A stretch of DNA of 64,000 bases from Anolis carolinensis (lineage: Eukaryota): NCBI RefSeq assembly GCF_035594765.1, contig NC_085841.1:263034525-263098524 (forward strand), given 5' to 3'. The position numbers were made by a program, and so were the translations under genes. Below, in pieces: positions 10,526-23,477 of the stretch. How positions within the stretch are numbered: the first letter of the stretch is position 1; each line of letters starts with the position of its first letter. The notes under the pieces were generated by a model, which saw nothing but the letters and a program-made list of their open reading frames with translations, did no database searches and was not told the DNA's origin.

Positions 10526-13500
10526 GGATTGTACACACATAAAGCTTTAATTCCCCACATGTAGCATTTGGTCCTAAGTCCATAGAATGTGCAGGGATGA
10601 GTTCACCTGGGATAATTCTTTCACACACAGGTTTTGCAAAACTTCAAATATGGAAGTGGATTGAGTCCAAGAAACTTATAGCGAGTAAACTGTTCCTGCC
10701 TACAGCATGTATTGCTTCCTAAATTTCCTCTTTCCAGTATTTGCCAATTGATGTCAGGGATAATGAGAGAATTAGATTAACTTCACCAAAAACAGATGAA
10801 GGAAATGCTATTGGGAGAGGGGAGTAAAGCAAAGTGAAACAATGACAGGAAAAAGCCTAATTTACCATGTCTTCTTAATCATAACATTTGGATGTCCAGT
10901 TTATTTTGGGATCATTTTCCCTCATTTTCTCAAATGTGAAGAAGCTCATTTCCTGGCAAGGCAGATTAGAAGGAGTGGCAGAAGATTTAGGCTGTGTTAG
11001 TCCAGGGTACAGCTGTTCTGGAGCAGTCCCAGATCCCGCACATTCACGCTAAATTTCGGATCATTGTCCAGATGGGTCAGGACCACCAGCTGTACATTCA
11101 GAGTGAGTCCAAGATTATGGCCCTTGTATAAAAGCCCTTAGTGGAAATGGTCAAATGAACGCAAAGATGACACAATGCTAGCTTTTCATGAGGCAGCCAA
11201 TACTGGAGGCTGACCTGATCCACTTGTATTCTCTTTGTATGTTTGAGCTTTATATGGGACTCCAGTATAGACTTTGTATCTTGTGTTTACAGACACACCC
11301 AAACAGAGACTAATATTAAAGAGAAAGAGAATCGTTTGATTCCAGATGAACCATCTCGCCTCCTATCCTGCCTCTGTGTCATGCATTTTGATAACTTGGG
11401 TGATAGAAACACTGTATGTTTGTTGTTTTTTTCAGGGCAAAGTTGTTTTGGATGCATTTTTAAGAAGGCCAAACTAAGCAACGCAATTAGCATATCATGA
11501 GATATGGATTTCCCTTGAGAAGTAAAAGAAGTCTGTTTATCTTAGCATGAATTTTCCTTACTCTGCATATTGCAAATTACCTTGCTTTGCTTTGTGATTG
11601 TCTTCCCAAGGTAAATGCAGGCTTCATTTGTAAACCTGCTCAGGCACAGAACATCAACTTGTAATTCAACCAGCTTATGCTCAAGACGCAGCTCATTAAA
11701 AAACTTAAAACACTATATGTAGGTTTTATAAATACGTACCAAATTTATCCAGTTACAAAACTGAAAGCATAAATACTTTTGGTAAAATGTATATTGAACA
11801 AAAATGTTTTAATGTATGTTTAAAAGATAGCAAAGAGAGGTGGATTGTGGCCCAGTCCACCCCTTCATTATTTCCCGTGGCACCATATGTCCCTTCTACA
11901 TAAGCTGGCACTTGGGAAATAGGTAGCGTGGGGTAGTCGCTTTTCTCCCACCATAGTTTTCTCTGTGTGTAAATGCAGAACAAGTGGTATTATGTGATTA
12001 GAGGGCTACGGTTATCCTAGCATGAGGCTACAGTAGGACCCAGCTTCTGGGCATAACTTCAAATCCAGGAAGATGAATACAAGATTTGACCCACCCACAC
12101 ACCTGTTAGCCACAGCACACACACCTGTTGGACTAATCGTGCACAAGGCTGAAAACATTTATTTCAGGTTCTTGAGTATACACATAGTGTTCTATGTGCT
12201 ACATTGATTTTTAGATATCATCCTTAAAAAAAAAACAAATCCCCAATCAGACAGCAGATTAAATCTGTTCTGTAATATCAATACTGCCAGCATTCCTTGT
12301 TGGTCTGTTTATTTTTAAAACAATTTGTGCTGAGAGTTCTGCTTAATTTTGTGATGGGATAAATACTTCAAAACTAAAGAACAGAGGTCGTGTTACATTG
12401 CTACAGTGAATATATATTATTCTGTGTAATATAGGTGTGTTACTGCTATCCTTTGTAATCTGATTTATCTTTAGAAAGGATCCAGGGCCTCTCTTTAAAA
12501 ATCCAGGCTTCAGTTACTCTGTGTCCTTTATCTCAGCTCACCGTTTCTTATGTATTGGTTTATGTCATTTTGTATTTTCTGTATTGCATTATAAGGTTTG
12601 ATATAAGTTACATTGCATTGCCTATCAGCTTGTGGTGTTCTGTATCCTTTTGGATTCTCATAACATCATTTATTATCATAGTCGTGATGTTTTTATTTTC
12701 TGTCCCATGTCTATTTTTTTCTATCATTTGGTTCCCAAATTGATAGCAACCATTGGTAAATAAAGATTTTTAATCACACAAGAATAAAACCTTGCTTAAA
12801 AAATCTCAACCTGACATTTTTGGATTTAAAATACTGGTTTTTAGTATTCCTTAACAGTAACAATAAAAAAATTAAATGATTTGTTTCACTCAATGGAGAA
12901 GGCAAGTTTCCTTGAAGCTGAATTTATTAGCAAGCATCTAAAAATAGTGTGTTGTTGTCTCACAGTTACAGGTAGTTGGTGATCTTTGATTGTACTATTA
13001 ATTGTCAAAGGAACTCCGTGTCCCTCCTTCTCTGATCAGTTGGGCTGGAGAAGTCTGTGTGTGGGTGGATGGGTCATTTCATTTCACCAGGGTGTATACC
13101 TTTGTTCCCCCTTCCCCATGTGTATCACTCTCCCGTCTGGTTAAGCAGGTTCTGCTGAATTTTGAAGCATTATTTCAAAATCATCTGTGAATAGATACGA
13201 GTGGCAAAACCCAAGGCAGAAATAGGTCTGTCATAGGAGGCAGTCATATATCAACTCAAAAAGAAGGATTGTTCAGTCTGGAGACTCATTAGCATTTTTC
13301 TTCCCTGAAGAAGACAGTTCAGGTCTTGGACTGATTTATGGTATTGCAATGTAAATGTATTTTCTTCCAAGCTACTTGTTGCTGATTATACTTCTATTAT
13401 TGCTTTACTAAATGTCTCTTTATGATAGAGCTATTTGTAAAACTGTCAGTCATAAACATATATTCAAAACTTAAAATGCATCAAGTATATATTTTAAAAT

Positions 13501-14708
13501 AATAACTCCTGAATTTAGCACTACTTAGGACTGTTCTTTTTCTCCAAGCGTGCCAATCAGATCCCCTTCTTTGAAAACATCACTGCATTTTATCATTGCT
13601 ATTGGTAAAAGGGTTGCAGACATGATAAAAAATTGCATGCATTTGCATTCTCAGCAAGGTGTGTAGCTGTTCTAGAAAAAAACCTGAGACAGCTGACCTA
13701 GGGAGAGGAAGGAAAAGTGTGCCCATACGCTGTTATTCACATGCATAATTGATTGTGGACACTGTAGTAGCAGGCAGGGTGCCTTTGAAATCTTGGCTTC
13801 CAAGTTGTTTACTTTGAGAACAACCTGCATCAAATTTGCACCATAAACTGGAGAGTCCCAGCAAATGTGTATGCACTGCCCTGCAGTTGAGATCAATATC
13901 TCATTTGCATCAACAATTTGGAGTGGTTCAAGCTATGCTGTTCTCATCCCATCATGGCATTCTTGTCCTCAAGAGCTAAAACATCTGAAGCTGCCCTTGA
14001 ACTGGAACACCTACATATCTGGGCTTAAAATAACACTATTACAGGTTGAGTGCCCCTTATATAAAATGTGTGGAAATAGAAGTGTTTTGTATTTCAGATT
14101 GTTTTTTGCAGATTTTGCATGTCCATAATGAAATACCTTGAAGGAGACCCAAATCTAAACACAAAATTAATCGATACTTAATATACACCTTAAAATCAAT
14201 CTGAGGGTAATTTCAAATAGTCAATGCAGGTTGTGTGGGTCATTGTTTTGACTAAAATTTCTAGACTTTTATATAAGTATATACAGTGAATCCAAGTAAT
14301 TCTCTTGTACTTCCAGTCCCAAATTGCGATCCAGTATGGCATCAATGCTAACCCTTTATCAAAAGCTGGAAATCATATTTTGGGGGATTAAAAAAATTCC
14401 ATAGCCAGTGTATTCAGACTACCTGCGTGGTTTGGAGTGATATAGACCTCAGAAATAGGTTTTCCAAATCCTACCCTAGTCATCAATATTTCCATTTTTC
14501 AAAAAGAGCTTGTCAGGTGAGCAAGGGTCTCTATGGATCAGTCATACCTGCTGGATCATATATGTTCTCCACTTGAAGGGATTATCTTTTTTGATGAAGT
14601 ATAATGATGAAGTGGTGAGTAAATACATGAGTAAAATTAAAGTATTGTGGTTTCTCGGCTAATATCTGTCCTCTCCCTCCTCTTTCAGGTGAATGTCTAG
14701 AAAGCAGG

Positions 14709-14752
14709 ATGAGCCACAAAGGGTCTACGAGCAGCCATCCTGGTTCTGCAAA
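14709..14752 (+). CDS. EPS8L2: EPS8-like protein 2, first coding exon (MSHKGSTSSHPGSA N/)
   Basis: Pyrimidine tract and acceptor tctttcag ending at 14688; ATG at 14709; donor aa|gtaaga at 14753. Splices in phase 2 to the next exon, giving an N-terminus collinear with EPS8L2 as I recall it (MSQSG...ATNGSLGRSDG). Confidence 0.85.
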
Positions 14753-15199
14753 GTAAGATACTTAAATGTTAAATAAACATTAACATCAGGAGAAGCACTG
14801 ACATGTTACTAGGAAAGTTTTATAGTACTGTGTCATCTGTAATTCCAAAGATAAGTTATTTACTTCAGTTTTGGTGAAAGGCATCCCATGAGCCATGTTT
14901 AAGCCAAACTGAAATGTCACTCTAGTCAACCTCTGAAGAAATAGTTTTCCTTTAATGCCCCTTTGATGTTAGTTTCAAATAGCTAGATAATCATTTAATC
15001 TGAATGGGAAACAAAAGGCTTGTGGTGTCCAAATAGTCAATAAATTCTCCTTAAGGCTACTAGTGTTGCTGTTACAAAGGATATAAATTACTGGCAAACA
15101 TAGTTAAATTTATGATAAAAAGACTCTTTTTGTGATCAGGATTTGCAGACCAAAATAACAAGGATAGCTACTGTTCCTCTTGACTTGGGTGGGTGCAGA

Positions 15200-15460
15200 G
15201 ACCTCATTTTGCTGCACTTCTGTCCATTGCATCTATCTGGGCTGACATTTGGAGAGCCGGATCCAGGAGCACCCCCAAGCTGCGAACACAGTCTTTCAGA
15301 GGGAGTGCAACCCCATCCAGGACTGGTTGACACACCTCCCTCCCTAGGTTAGGATCCTTGGTGGCAAGCAACTCGGTCTTGTTTGGATTCAGTTTCAGTT
15401 TGTTTTCTTCATCCAGCCCATTACCTCCTCCAGGCATTCATTCAGAGAAGACACACTAGC
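15200..15460 (-). mobile_element. L2/CR1-superfamily LINE RT fragment
   Basis: NKLKLNPNKTELL ... VRSLGVLLD in ORF 15204-15437; boundaries approximate. Confidence 0.75.
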
Positions 15461-15518
15461 TAAAGCTATATGTAGTTAAGAAAAATCCTTTCTTCAATGT
15501 TGCTTTCTTCTTTTGCAG

Positions 15519-15574
15519 TGGCAGCATGGGCAAAGCAGATGGATCTGCCAAAATGAGTGCAAAAGATTTATATG
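15519..15574 (+). CDS. EPS8L2: EPS8L2 coding exon (GSMGKADGSAKMSAKDLY E/)
   Basis: Acceptor ttttgcag, donor g|gtaagt; matches EPS8L2 GSLGRSDGVAKMSPKDLF; phases 2 and 1 are consistent with both neighbours. Confidence 0.93.
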
Positions 15575-16476
15575 GTAAGTTCCCATCAAGTGAGTTTAAT
15601 AAAATTTGACTAAATATAGATTATTGGATCCATTTTTAGTAGTAGGGGAGCAAGAAATAACTTGACTGCATAGTGAGACGTCTCTGTTGATGTTTCAAAG
15701 GAAGTTGTTGTTGACTGCCAGATGTATGATGTACAAACTCCAGTGTGAAGAGTGCTTCTCTTAGTACTGCACATATTTCAGGCAACATGAGAAGGGCCAT
15801 GGGGCAAGGTTTGTGTGTCTGGCAAAAGTTTTGAGTCCCTCTGTTCTAGGGGTATGAAGATCTCTCAGGCTCAGTCTTTTCTTCTTGCAGTTATTTCACA
15901 TCAAGTTGTATAATGTTATCAGTGAGTTCTGTATATAAATGTGGTATATAAAGGTCAATTCAAGGGTCAGTTTCCAACCATAGAATATACTAGAGGACCC
16001 AGAAGTGCACAGACAGGTGTTCTCTCAGATTAAAAAATGTTCATGATTTTTATTTATAATTGTGTTTTTTTAACTTTCGAGGGAATCCTCTGCTCCTAAC
16101 CACCATGAGGGCTACCTTTATTCAGTCTTGCTTCCAAGAACAATATAAGCAGAGAATCACATCCCTGGGCATATCTCATCATCTTTGAAAGGAGAATGCA
16201 ACATCTTTGCCCTATTATTATGAAGTTAAACACAATGTGGAGTAAATTGTCTGAAGTATTATAATAATAATGAAGCCGACATTCAAGTACTAAATTAAAG
16301 GAAAAGAGTAATCTGACATATTGGTTGTACAACCAGTAACTGTAGATTGAACCTCCCTTATCTAGAAATCCGCTACTTGAAATCCCTCATACCTGAAACT
16401 TTTTTGCTGCCAGACACACGCTTTTGCATATGAGGTGGTGTCAGTGGCTCTCCTGCTTGTTCATTCACCAGGTATT

Positions 16477-16755
16477 GGAGCCCCTGGTGAAGCAGTGGGT
16501 TAAACCCTTATGCTGGCCGGACTGATGACTTGAAGGTTGGGTTGCTGATCTGAAGGTTGCCAGTTGGAAGCCAACCTGGAGAGACCGCGGATGAGCTCCT
16601 TCTTTCATGTGGGGACATGAAAGAAGCCTCCCAAAAAGATGGTAGAAACATCAAAACATGCAGGTGTCCCCTGGCAATGTCCTTGCAGATGGCCAATTCT
16701 CTCACACCAGAAGCAACTTGCAGTTTCTCAAGTCGCTCCTGGCACACACACAAAA
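16477..16755 (+). mobile_element. tRNA-derived SINE (Anolis SINE2-like) nested in a Tigger-type element (about 16343-17437)
   Basis: Head ggagcccctggtgaagcagtgggttaaacc (A-box-like); tail caagtcgctcctggcacac. Confidence 0.7.
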
Positions 16756-19700
16756 TCACAACGCCAGAGCAAGCACCTAGTAGTCTTTCCTGAGAGTGGA
16801 AAGGGGCTAGAGAGACACACAAGAATATGTGAAATGAATTGAGGCATTGATTTAATGCTATTTTTACACATAAGCGATATACAAAACATAAATGAGTTTT
16901 GTGTTTAAACTTGGATCCCATTTCTACATTATTTCATTAGGTACAGGCAGATCCCAGATTACAAACAAAATAGGTTCTGCTTATTCTTAAGCTGAATATG
17001 TATGTAACTCAGAAGAGGTTCATTTTTAAGTGCAACTCCAGCCAAGTTTTATTTCACTTTTTATTTTGGATAGAACACAGAAGGATTAACACCCCTGGAA
17101 CATTTGTTTCGCTGCCTGTGCTGCTGTTCTGAAGATTTCACCTCATTTTTTGGCCCTGTGATAATTGGATTTTTTTTAAAAATTGGTTGTTTGAAAACAA
17201 GGATTGGTGATGAAGCCTTAGTGGAGACAACTTTTCCCCATGATAACTCTTCCAGGAGTGAATTGCCTTTCCTTGGCAATAACTCCCTGTTGTTCACCCC
17301 GTTTGTAACTAGGGAGTTGTATATAAGTTGGATGTTTGTGTCTCAGGAACTGCTTGTAGTATTCCAAAATCCAGAAAAAATCTAAAATTGAAAACACTGC
17401 TTGTCCCAGATATTTCAGAAAAGAGAAACTCAACCTGCATTTATTTTATCTGTGTTAGATTATATATTTTACCTTCTACATTAGTAGATTGCACTCTGGC
17501 TCACACAGTTTTTAGGGCTGCATAACTGGAGTGGCAAACAGTTTCAGCTGTGACTCAAATGTTTGTAATACATTGGCATGTATTTCTGACTCCCAGTTGT
17601 TGGTCAAATCTCACCTCTGCCATGAACACACAGATGTGCGACCTTAATGGCATGCCTGTTTATTGAGCATTCAAGTATGTAAAGGGGAGTAAAACAAGGA
17701 CATTGACACCCAATAAATCATTCTGCTCTCCAATGAAATTTTCCTTCAATTTCCATACACTACAGTAACCCAAAAGTGCAATTTAGCATTGAGAAATACA
17801 GTATTGGCATCCAAAAAGGGGGGCAAGTAGAGTTTACAAACGCAGCAAATACAAGAGTTGTAGGTACAAACTATTTTCAATGTTTTGCTAGACATTTTGG
17901 AACTAAAGAAAATTTTCATTGGGGCAGAATTTTTATTGGAAATAAGATAATAATTGGGGGAAAATCTCTTCATTTTCTGTTCCCATAGTAGTAACCTGAT
18001 TCAATGAATGACCCTTCATCCTACTTCCATGAATGAATGAGTTGCCCTTTGCATGCCACAAATGTTCTTTTTTTCTCCCTGCGGGGTCAATCGGGTACTG
18101 ACTTCTCATTGCCTCTGGCAACTCAAACACAGGCATCTCATGTGCTAAGCCCCATATTCTCAAAGACCTGCCAACTGCACTTGCCGAAAGATCTCTTGGC
18201 TTACAGGTACAGCAGGTGGCTATCAGGTTACGGCCTCATGCAGTGCCCAGCTGCCAGCTGAATAAATGTTAATGTGGACCATGAATAAATAAAGCAGCTT
18301 CTCTGCTTACTAGGTTCTGTTCTGAAGCAAAATGAAAGGACATTGGAGGGGAATCCATTATCTTCTTGGCAAGCTCTGGAGAATGTCTGGGGAGGAAGTA
18401 CTTGAAAAGAATGAGTTATTTACGGAAAAGGCTTATTTGTCCACCTGCTTTTTCTGTCACATTACGACCAGCACAACCCAGACCACCAAACTCTTTGCAA
18501 GCAAGGCTTTAGAGAACGCTACTGTCCCTACTGGTTGGCTCATGTTCTCTAAAGCCTTTTAACAGGGAAACAATGCCCAGCTCCATGGGTCTCTCTGTTT
18601 GCTTGTTTTATAAACCATCCTTTCCATTCCAAGTGTTTAGGTTTCATCATTTTGAATCAGATGGATGTTGGCTCTTAAAGTGTACATATTATTTTTAAAA
18701 AGTGAGGGATGAAGTGCCCAGGAGGATGAACAAAGGCTATGGTTGTAAAAGAGTCCTATAGTACCTTAAAGATTGACACAGGTATTAAACTTTAAGCATT
18801 CGTAAACTGTAAATGCATCCAGAGTTTTGCTATGTGCGTGTGTGTTTATTTAGAGTATTTATTATACCAGTTCTTTAACCATGAAGGCTCTCAGAACAGC
18901 TTACAAATTGTTAGTTTGACAGTCTCCTGGCCAAAGGTTTACAATCTAAATAAAACAAAACACACAAGGAAAAAAGGGTGGCGAGGAGTGAGGTGGGATT
19001 AAGTCCAGCAGGTACTGCCTCTTCTCTTCCTCCGAGGCACAGCAGTGACAATTGGAATGGAGGGAGGCAATTCATCTGCTTCTGGGCCTCAATATGATGT
19101 TTGTAGGACATACAGGGAAGGAAATTTTAGAGAATGAGTTCAAAGGGTACTTAAATGTAGAATGTGCTGACAATGGTAATTACTTCATTAACTTTTTGTA
19201 TTTTAATTTCTCTCGGACAATCTCTCTCACCAGAATATTGTCCATACCTGTAACCCGGGATCAAATTAGACATTAGTCATAAGGCATGCTTATCCCCTAT
19301 GATTAATTCATTTCCTCTCCCACAATGGGATTTCTTCAGAGATACATGCTTCTACAACCAGAATGCAAACTAAGTTTGTGTTTACCTCCCTGTGCCCAGC
19401 CACACAATGAAACATGCTAAATGGAAGATATGTAGATAAGGAAATGCATGTGCTAGATCGCATAGATGTTTTTGGGGAACACCTGTGCCAAAAAGTGCTA
19501 ATATACAGTCTAGTTTGTCACATTTCATTCATCTGATGCCATGGACTAGATAGGACACTGGGATCTTATGGAAGCTTCCCTTTCAAGTATCTTCAGTTGT
19601 CTACTCAAATCATGTTTTGGACTAGACATTGAAAAACTTACATTTGGGGACTGCAACAGCCACAATTCCCCAGTGTCAGGAGGATTCTGGATGTTCCAAT

Positions 19701-22074
19701 AAAAAAAGATCTGAGTCAGACTCTAATTAAAATTCATCCAATGCTTCCTAATATTGTATCAAGACAACATTGCACATTTTCATAGATGCTACAATTTTTC
19801 TTTTGTATTCTACTGAAGTTGATGGATAAAGGACAAGTTGTTGGGTATGGTCATTTTGCTCACCACTGAAAGGTTCCACTGCTAAAGGGAAGACCACCTT
19901 CAGTGAATTTTCAAACACTTTACTAGACAAACTGGATGATGGAACATTCAGTAGCTGCTACAGCCTGTGCAGCTAGATCGTTTGACACCAAAACTGTATG
20001 TAACCCAAGAAAGGTTTTAGTGCTGTAACATTACCCTCCAGGCCAGCATAAAGGACACAGCCATTCCCACATGTCTGCCCAGCATCAGAAAGGATGCTTT
20101 CTAGATGCTTCACACCTTCTGTCACAACCTCATATGCATTATTAAATAACAAAAACGACTATCTTTAGAGCAGTCTTCTCTGACCTGGAAAATTTCCAGT
20201 TGTGCTAGACTGTAATGCCAATCATCCTGAGTTAGTACAACCCATGGGCAATAGGAATTACAGTCTAACACATTTGAAAGGTGGTGGATAGATTTTGTTT
20301 TAGACCAGCTCTTAGGCAGAAGCAGGAGTATAGCAAATTGCCTCCCCACTAAAAAAAAAAAATGACTCCCCAAATTTCTTGCATTGCATTAACTTAAAAC
20401 ATCAGTTCAGGCATTCAAAGAAAAGGAGCAGTATAACTGACCAAGGGAAAACCAAAACCAGCAAATATAAGAGTTCTAAGTATGAATGATTTTCAGTGTC
20501 CTGCTTTCTTTCCTGCTAGGGACTCTTAAGAACATGTTGGTTGTGCAGGCTGTCCCTTCATTCCCACCTCCACCCATAACTACTTGCCTGGGCAGATGGC
20601 AGAGCCACCGCCTAACGTCCAGACTGCACAAATTGACCAACACAACCCAGACTTATATGTTTCAGCTGAAATGAGGTGTGCTGTACTAAGCTGCATGCAG
20701 AGCAAGAGCATCAGAATTTTAGCACTTCAACTCAAGGCCTGGCTATTAATTTCTGTGGGGCTTATTTGCTGGTAAATCTGCTTAGAACTGCAGGTAGAAG
20801 TTCCAGCCTCCCAAGTGTATTTACTTGGAATGAATTCTCATGTCAAACAGTGTCTGGAATCTTCCCGATGCCTCATGCTGGTACAATTTTCAGCATTAAA
20901 CCATCACAGGACTCTTTTTGTAAAGGCATACAGCAGTCATAGAGGATAGAAGAGAAGAAGAGCCTCACTGTCGCCACTGTAATTGTGACAATTTTACCTT
21001 GTTGCTGTTCCATTTCCTAGACCACCACCTACACTGAGACACATGTGGCAGTCAACAGTATTGCTGCCAATGGCATTTACCACTGAGGAAGCAATAGCTA
21101 GCGTCAGGGCTGTCTGGGTCCCAAATAAGAGTAGAGTCCCTTCTCTGCATAGCATGGGCTAGCAGAAAATGTTTGTGTATCAACATTACTCCTAGCTGCT
21201 AGGAATAATCAACCAATGCACTGTTGGACAGTGATGCAATGGCAACGCAGATGGCCACACACTAGATTGCAAAGATTATCTGAATAAGCAGAAATACCAA
21301 CAGACTGCTTCAGAAAAAAAGCAATGATTCAGACAGTAGGGGATGATTATATTCAGAAGTACCTGTTTCCCTGTACATGTGATAGTATTGCTTAGGTAGA
21401 GCTCCTCATTGCCAAAGGATATATGACATTAAGTACATAGTTTGGTAGCTTATCCTTTAAAAACTCCAGCTGTGCAGGGGAAGAGACTATTAATGGGGGT
21501 GGGGTGCCCTTTTCTTATGTTCCCAATAAAATGCTTCCATTCTCCTGTCTGAAACTATTAGTCTTGGGAGGGAAGCAAATGAAATGAACTAAAACTTGTA
21601 ACATCATCAATGTATTAGAACATAATGTTCAACAAGACTCTCTGTTGTCCTTTCTTTGGCGGGTTTACTTATTTCTCCAATCTTCCTGGGAAAATTGTTA
21701 GTATAAAGTAGATCTAGGTTAATGGAAGGGTGCTACTAGAATGCCTTGGGCACGCTAATTCCAGATTGCCCCTCCAAGGCCTTGAATAACCCCATTGTTT
21801 GCTCCAGCACTTTCATCGCTGCCATTTCAATGTATCCTTCCAAACTCCTTCCTCCATTGTAGACACCAGTGTCAAATTACTTTATGCTTGGATTTTTTCT
21901 GCTTTTTTCTTTTAAATAATTCTTTGTAATGTTTCATTTCCTCCCATAAGAATCTCAGATCCCAACTCACACACACAAAGAGCCACAGTGTTTATCGAGT
22001 GTATATGTTTTTTAAAGTCACCTGTTGACTTATGGTGATCCTATCATTTTCATTGGCTTTTCTTTGGCAAAGAA

Positions 22075-22229
22075 TACTCAGAGGATACTCAGGATTAGTT
22101 CTCGTTAGTATTTCAGCCCACAGAACCTGGTATTTGTTGAATATGTTCCATCCAAATACTAACCAGAACGAACCCTGCTTAGTTTCCAAAATCAGACAGG
22201 ATCAGGTGTCCTTTGGGTATTTTGGCCAG
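22075..22229 (-). mobile_element. 5S rRNA-derived SINE (5S-Sauria type) head
   Basis: Minus strand tgatcctgtctgattttggaaactaagcagggt..ctggttagtatttggatgg..aataccagg aligns by eye with the 5S rRNA internal control region; too diverged to be a 5S gene. Confidence 0.8.
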
Positions 22230-22232
22230 TGT

Positions 22233-22362
22233 TTGAAGTCTGGACACCATTGTTGTATGCAAACTCTGACAGAGGTAATAGGGAAGCCCAATTGTCCTGT
22301 TGGTAGTTTACATAACAGCGAAGGTATTGTTCCAAAGTGGCATTGATGCGCTCAGTTTGCCC
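22233..22362 (-). pseudogene. Integrase core fragment ([43 protein letters not shown])
   Basis: Hand translation of the minus strand; includes the catalytic E region of a Gypsy integrase. Confidence 0.9.
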
Positions 22363-23477
22363 CTGAGTCTATCATGGCATGGATCATGACGGGTCCCTTT
22401 TTTGCTGACCACAGTGTGATCACCAGGAGAAATAGGACCCCCGTTTGTGGCTCTTGAGTGGAGTTTTTGACCGGGTTGGCGAGCCCTTCTACGGTCGCTG
22501 GCTTCCCCCGCCGGCTTTGTTCCAGCCGCCTCGGTTGCCTCCGCCTCCGCGGAGGACGCCGCCGCCAGACGGGCGGCGGGCTTCTTCTTTGCTGGACACT
22601 CCCTGGCGAAGTGGCCCCCATTACCGCAGTACCAACACAGATTCAAGCGTTGGCGACGGGCCTTTTCCGCTACATCCAGCCTGGGGCGCACATTGCCCAA
22701 CTGCATCGGTTCCTCCTCGCTTCCCATGGGGCTAGGGGCTGGCGGTGGGGATCTCCATACTGGACGTGGCTGGACACTGGTAGAAGTGGGGGGTTTTACT
22801 CCGGCCCTTCCACTCTGGCCTCGGAGCCACTGTTTTTTGTTGGCAAGCAGGACTTCAGCCCGTAAACACTGGTTGATGAGTCTTTCAAGAGTCCCTGGGG
22901 GGTCCATCTTAGAGATTTCTTCCTGCATCTCGATGTTGAGGCCCTTGCGAAACTGTCCTCTGAGGGCTATGTCGTTCCAGCCGGTGTTCTGAGCTAGCAC
23001 CCGGAACTCGGTTATATACCGGGACAACGGTCTGTCCCCTTGGAAGAGGCGTCGGAGTTTATGGCCGGCCGCCTCCTCGTCGTCCTCGATCCCCCAGGTT
23101 TTCCTAAGGTGGTTCAAGAATTGTTGCGCGGTGTTTAGATGCGTGGAACCCGCATCGTATAATGCCGTCGCCCAAGTGGCCGCAGGCCCATCTAGGAGAC
23201 TGAAGATCCACGCCACCTTGACATCTTCTTGGGGAAACTCGGCTTGGCGGGCTTCTAAGCACGCCTGGCACTGTCGACGGAAAACATGAACCTTGGAGGC
23301 TTCTCCAGAAAACTTGGTTGGTAGCGCTAAGGCAGGGAGGCGGGCTCCACGTTCCTTCAAGCCCCGTATTTCTCCCTCCTGCGTCCGGAGTGTGTCCCGG
23401 ATCCGATTGAATTCATCTTGGGAAATGGTATAGCTGGGTGGTTGAGCTGGGGCGTCCGCTCCGGCTCCTGTAGACAT
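22308..23477 (-). CDS. Retrotransposon Gag (PEG10/RTL-like capsid plus CX2CX4HX4C zinc knuckle); the last about 60 codons are probably spurious read-through
   Basis: LPTKFSGE...[60 protein letters not shown]. Confidence 0.92.
   Translation of the reverse strand: MSTGAGADAPAQPPSYTISQDEFNRIRDTLRTQEGEIRGLKERGARLPALALPTKFSGEASKVHVFRRQCQACLEARQAEFPQEDVKVAWIFSLLDGPAATWATALYDAGSTHLNTAQQFLNHLRKTWGIEDDEEAAGHKLRRLFQGDRPLSRYITEFRVLAQNTGWNDIALRGQFRKGLNIEMQEEISKMDPPGTLERLINQCLRAEVLLANKKQWLRGQSGRAGVKPPTSTSVQPRPVWRSPPPAPSPMGSEEEPMQLGNVRPRLDVAEKARRQRLNLCWYCGNGGHFARECPAKKKPAARLAAASSAEAEATEAAGTKPAGEASDRRRARQPGQKLHSRATNGGPISPGDHTVVSKKGTRHDPCHDRLRGKLSASMPLWNNTFAVM

Noticed and set aside
22100-22229. Possible 5S rRNA gene
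   Set aside because: Many substitutions and attached SINE body sequence; a SINE head, as are the similar pieces at 25771 and 55860.
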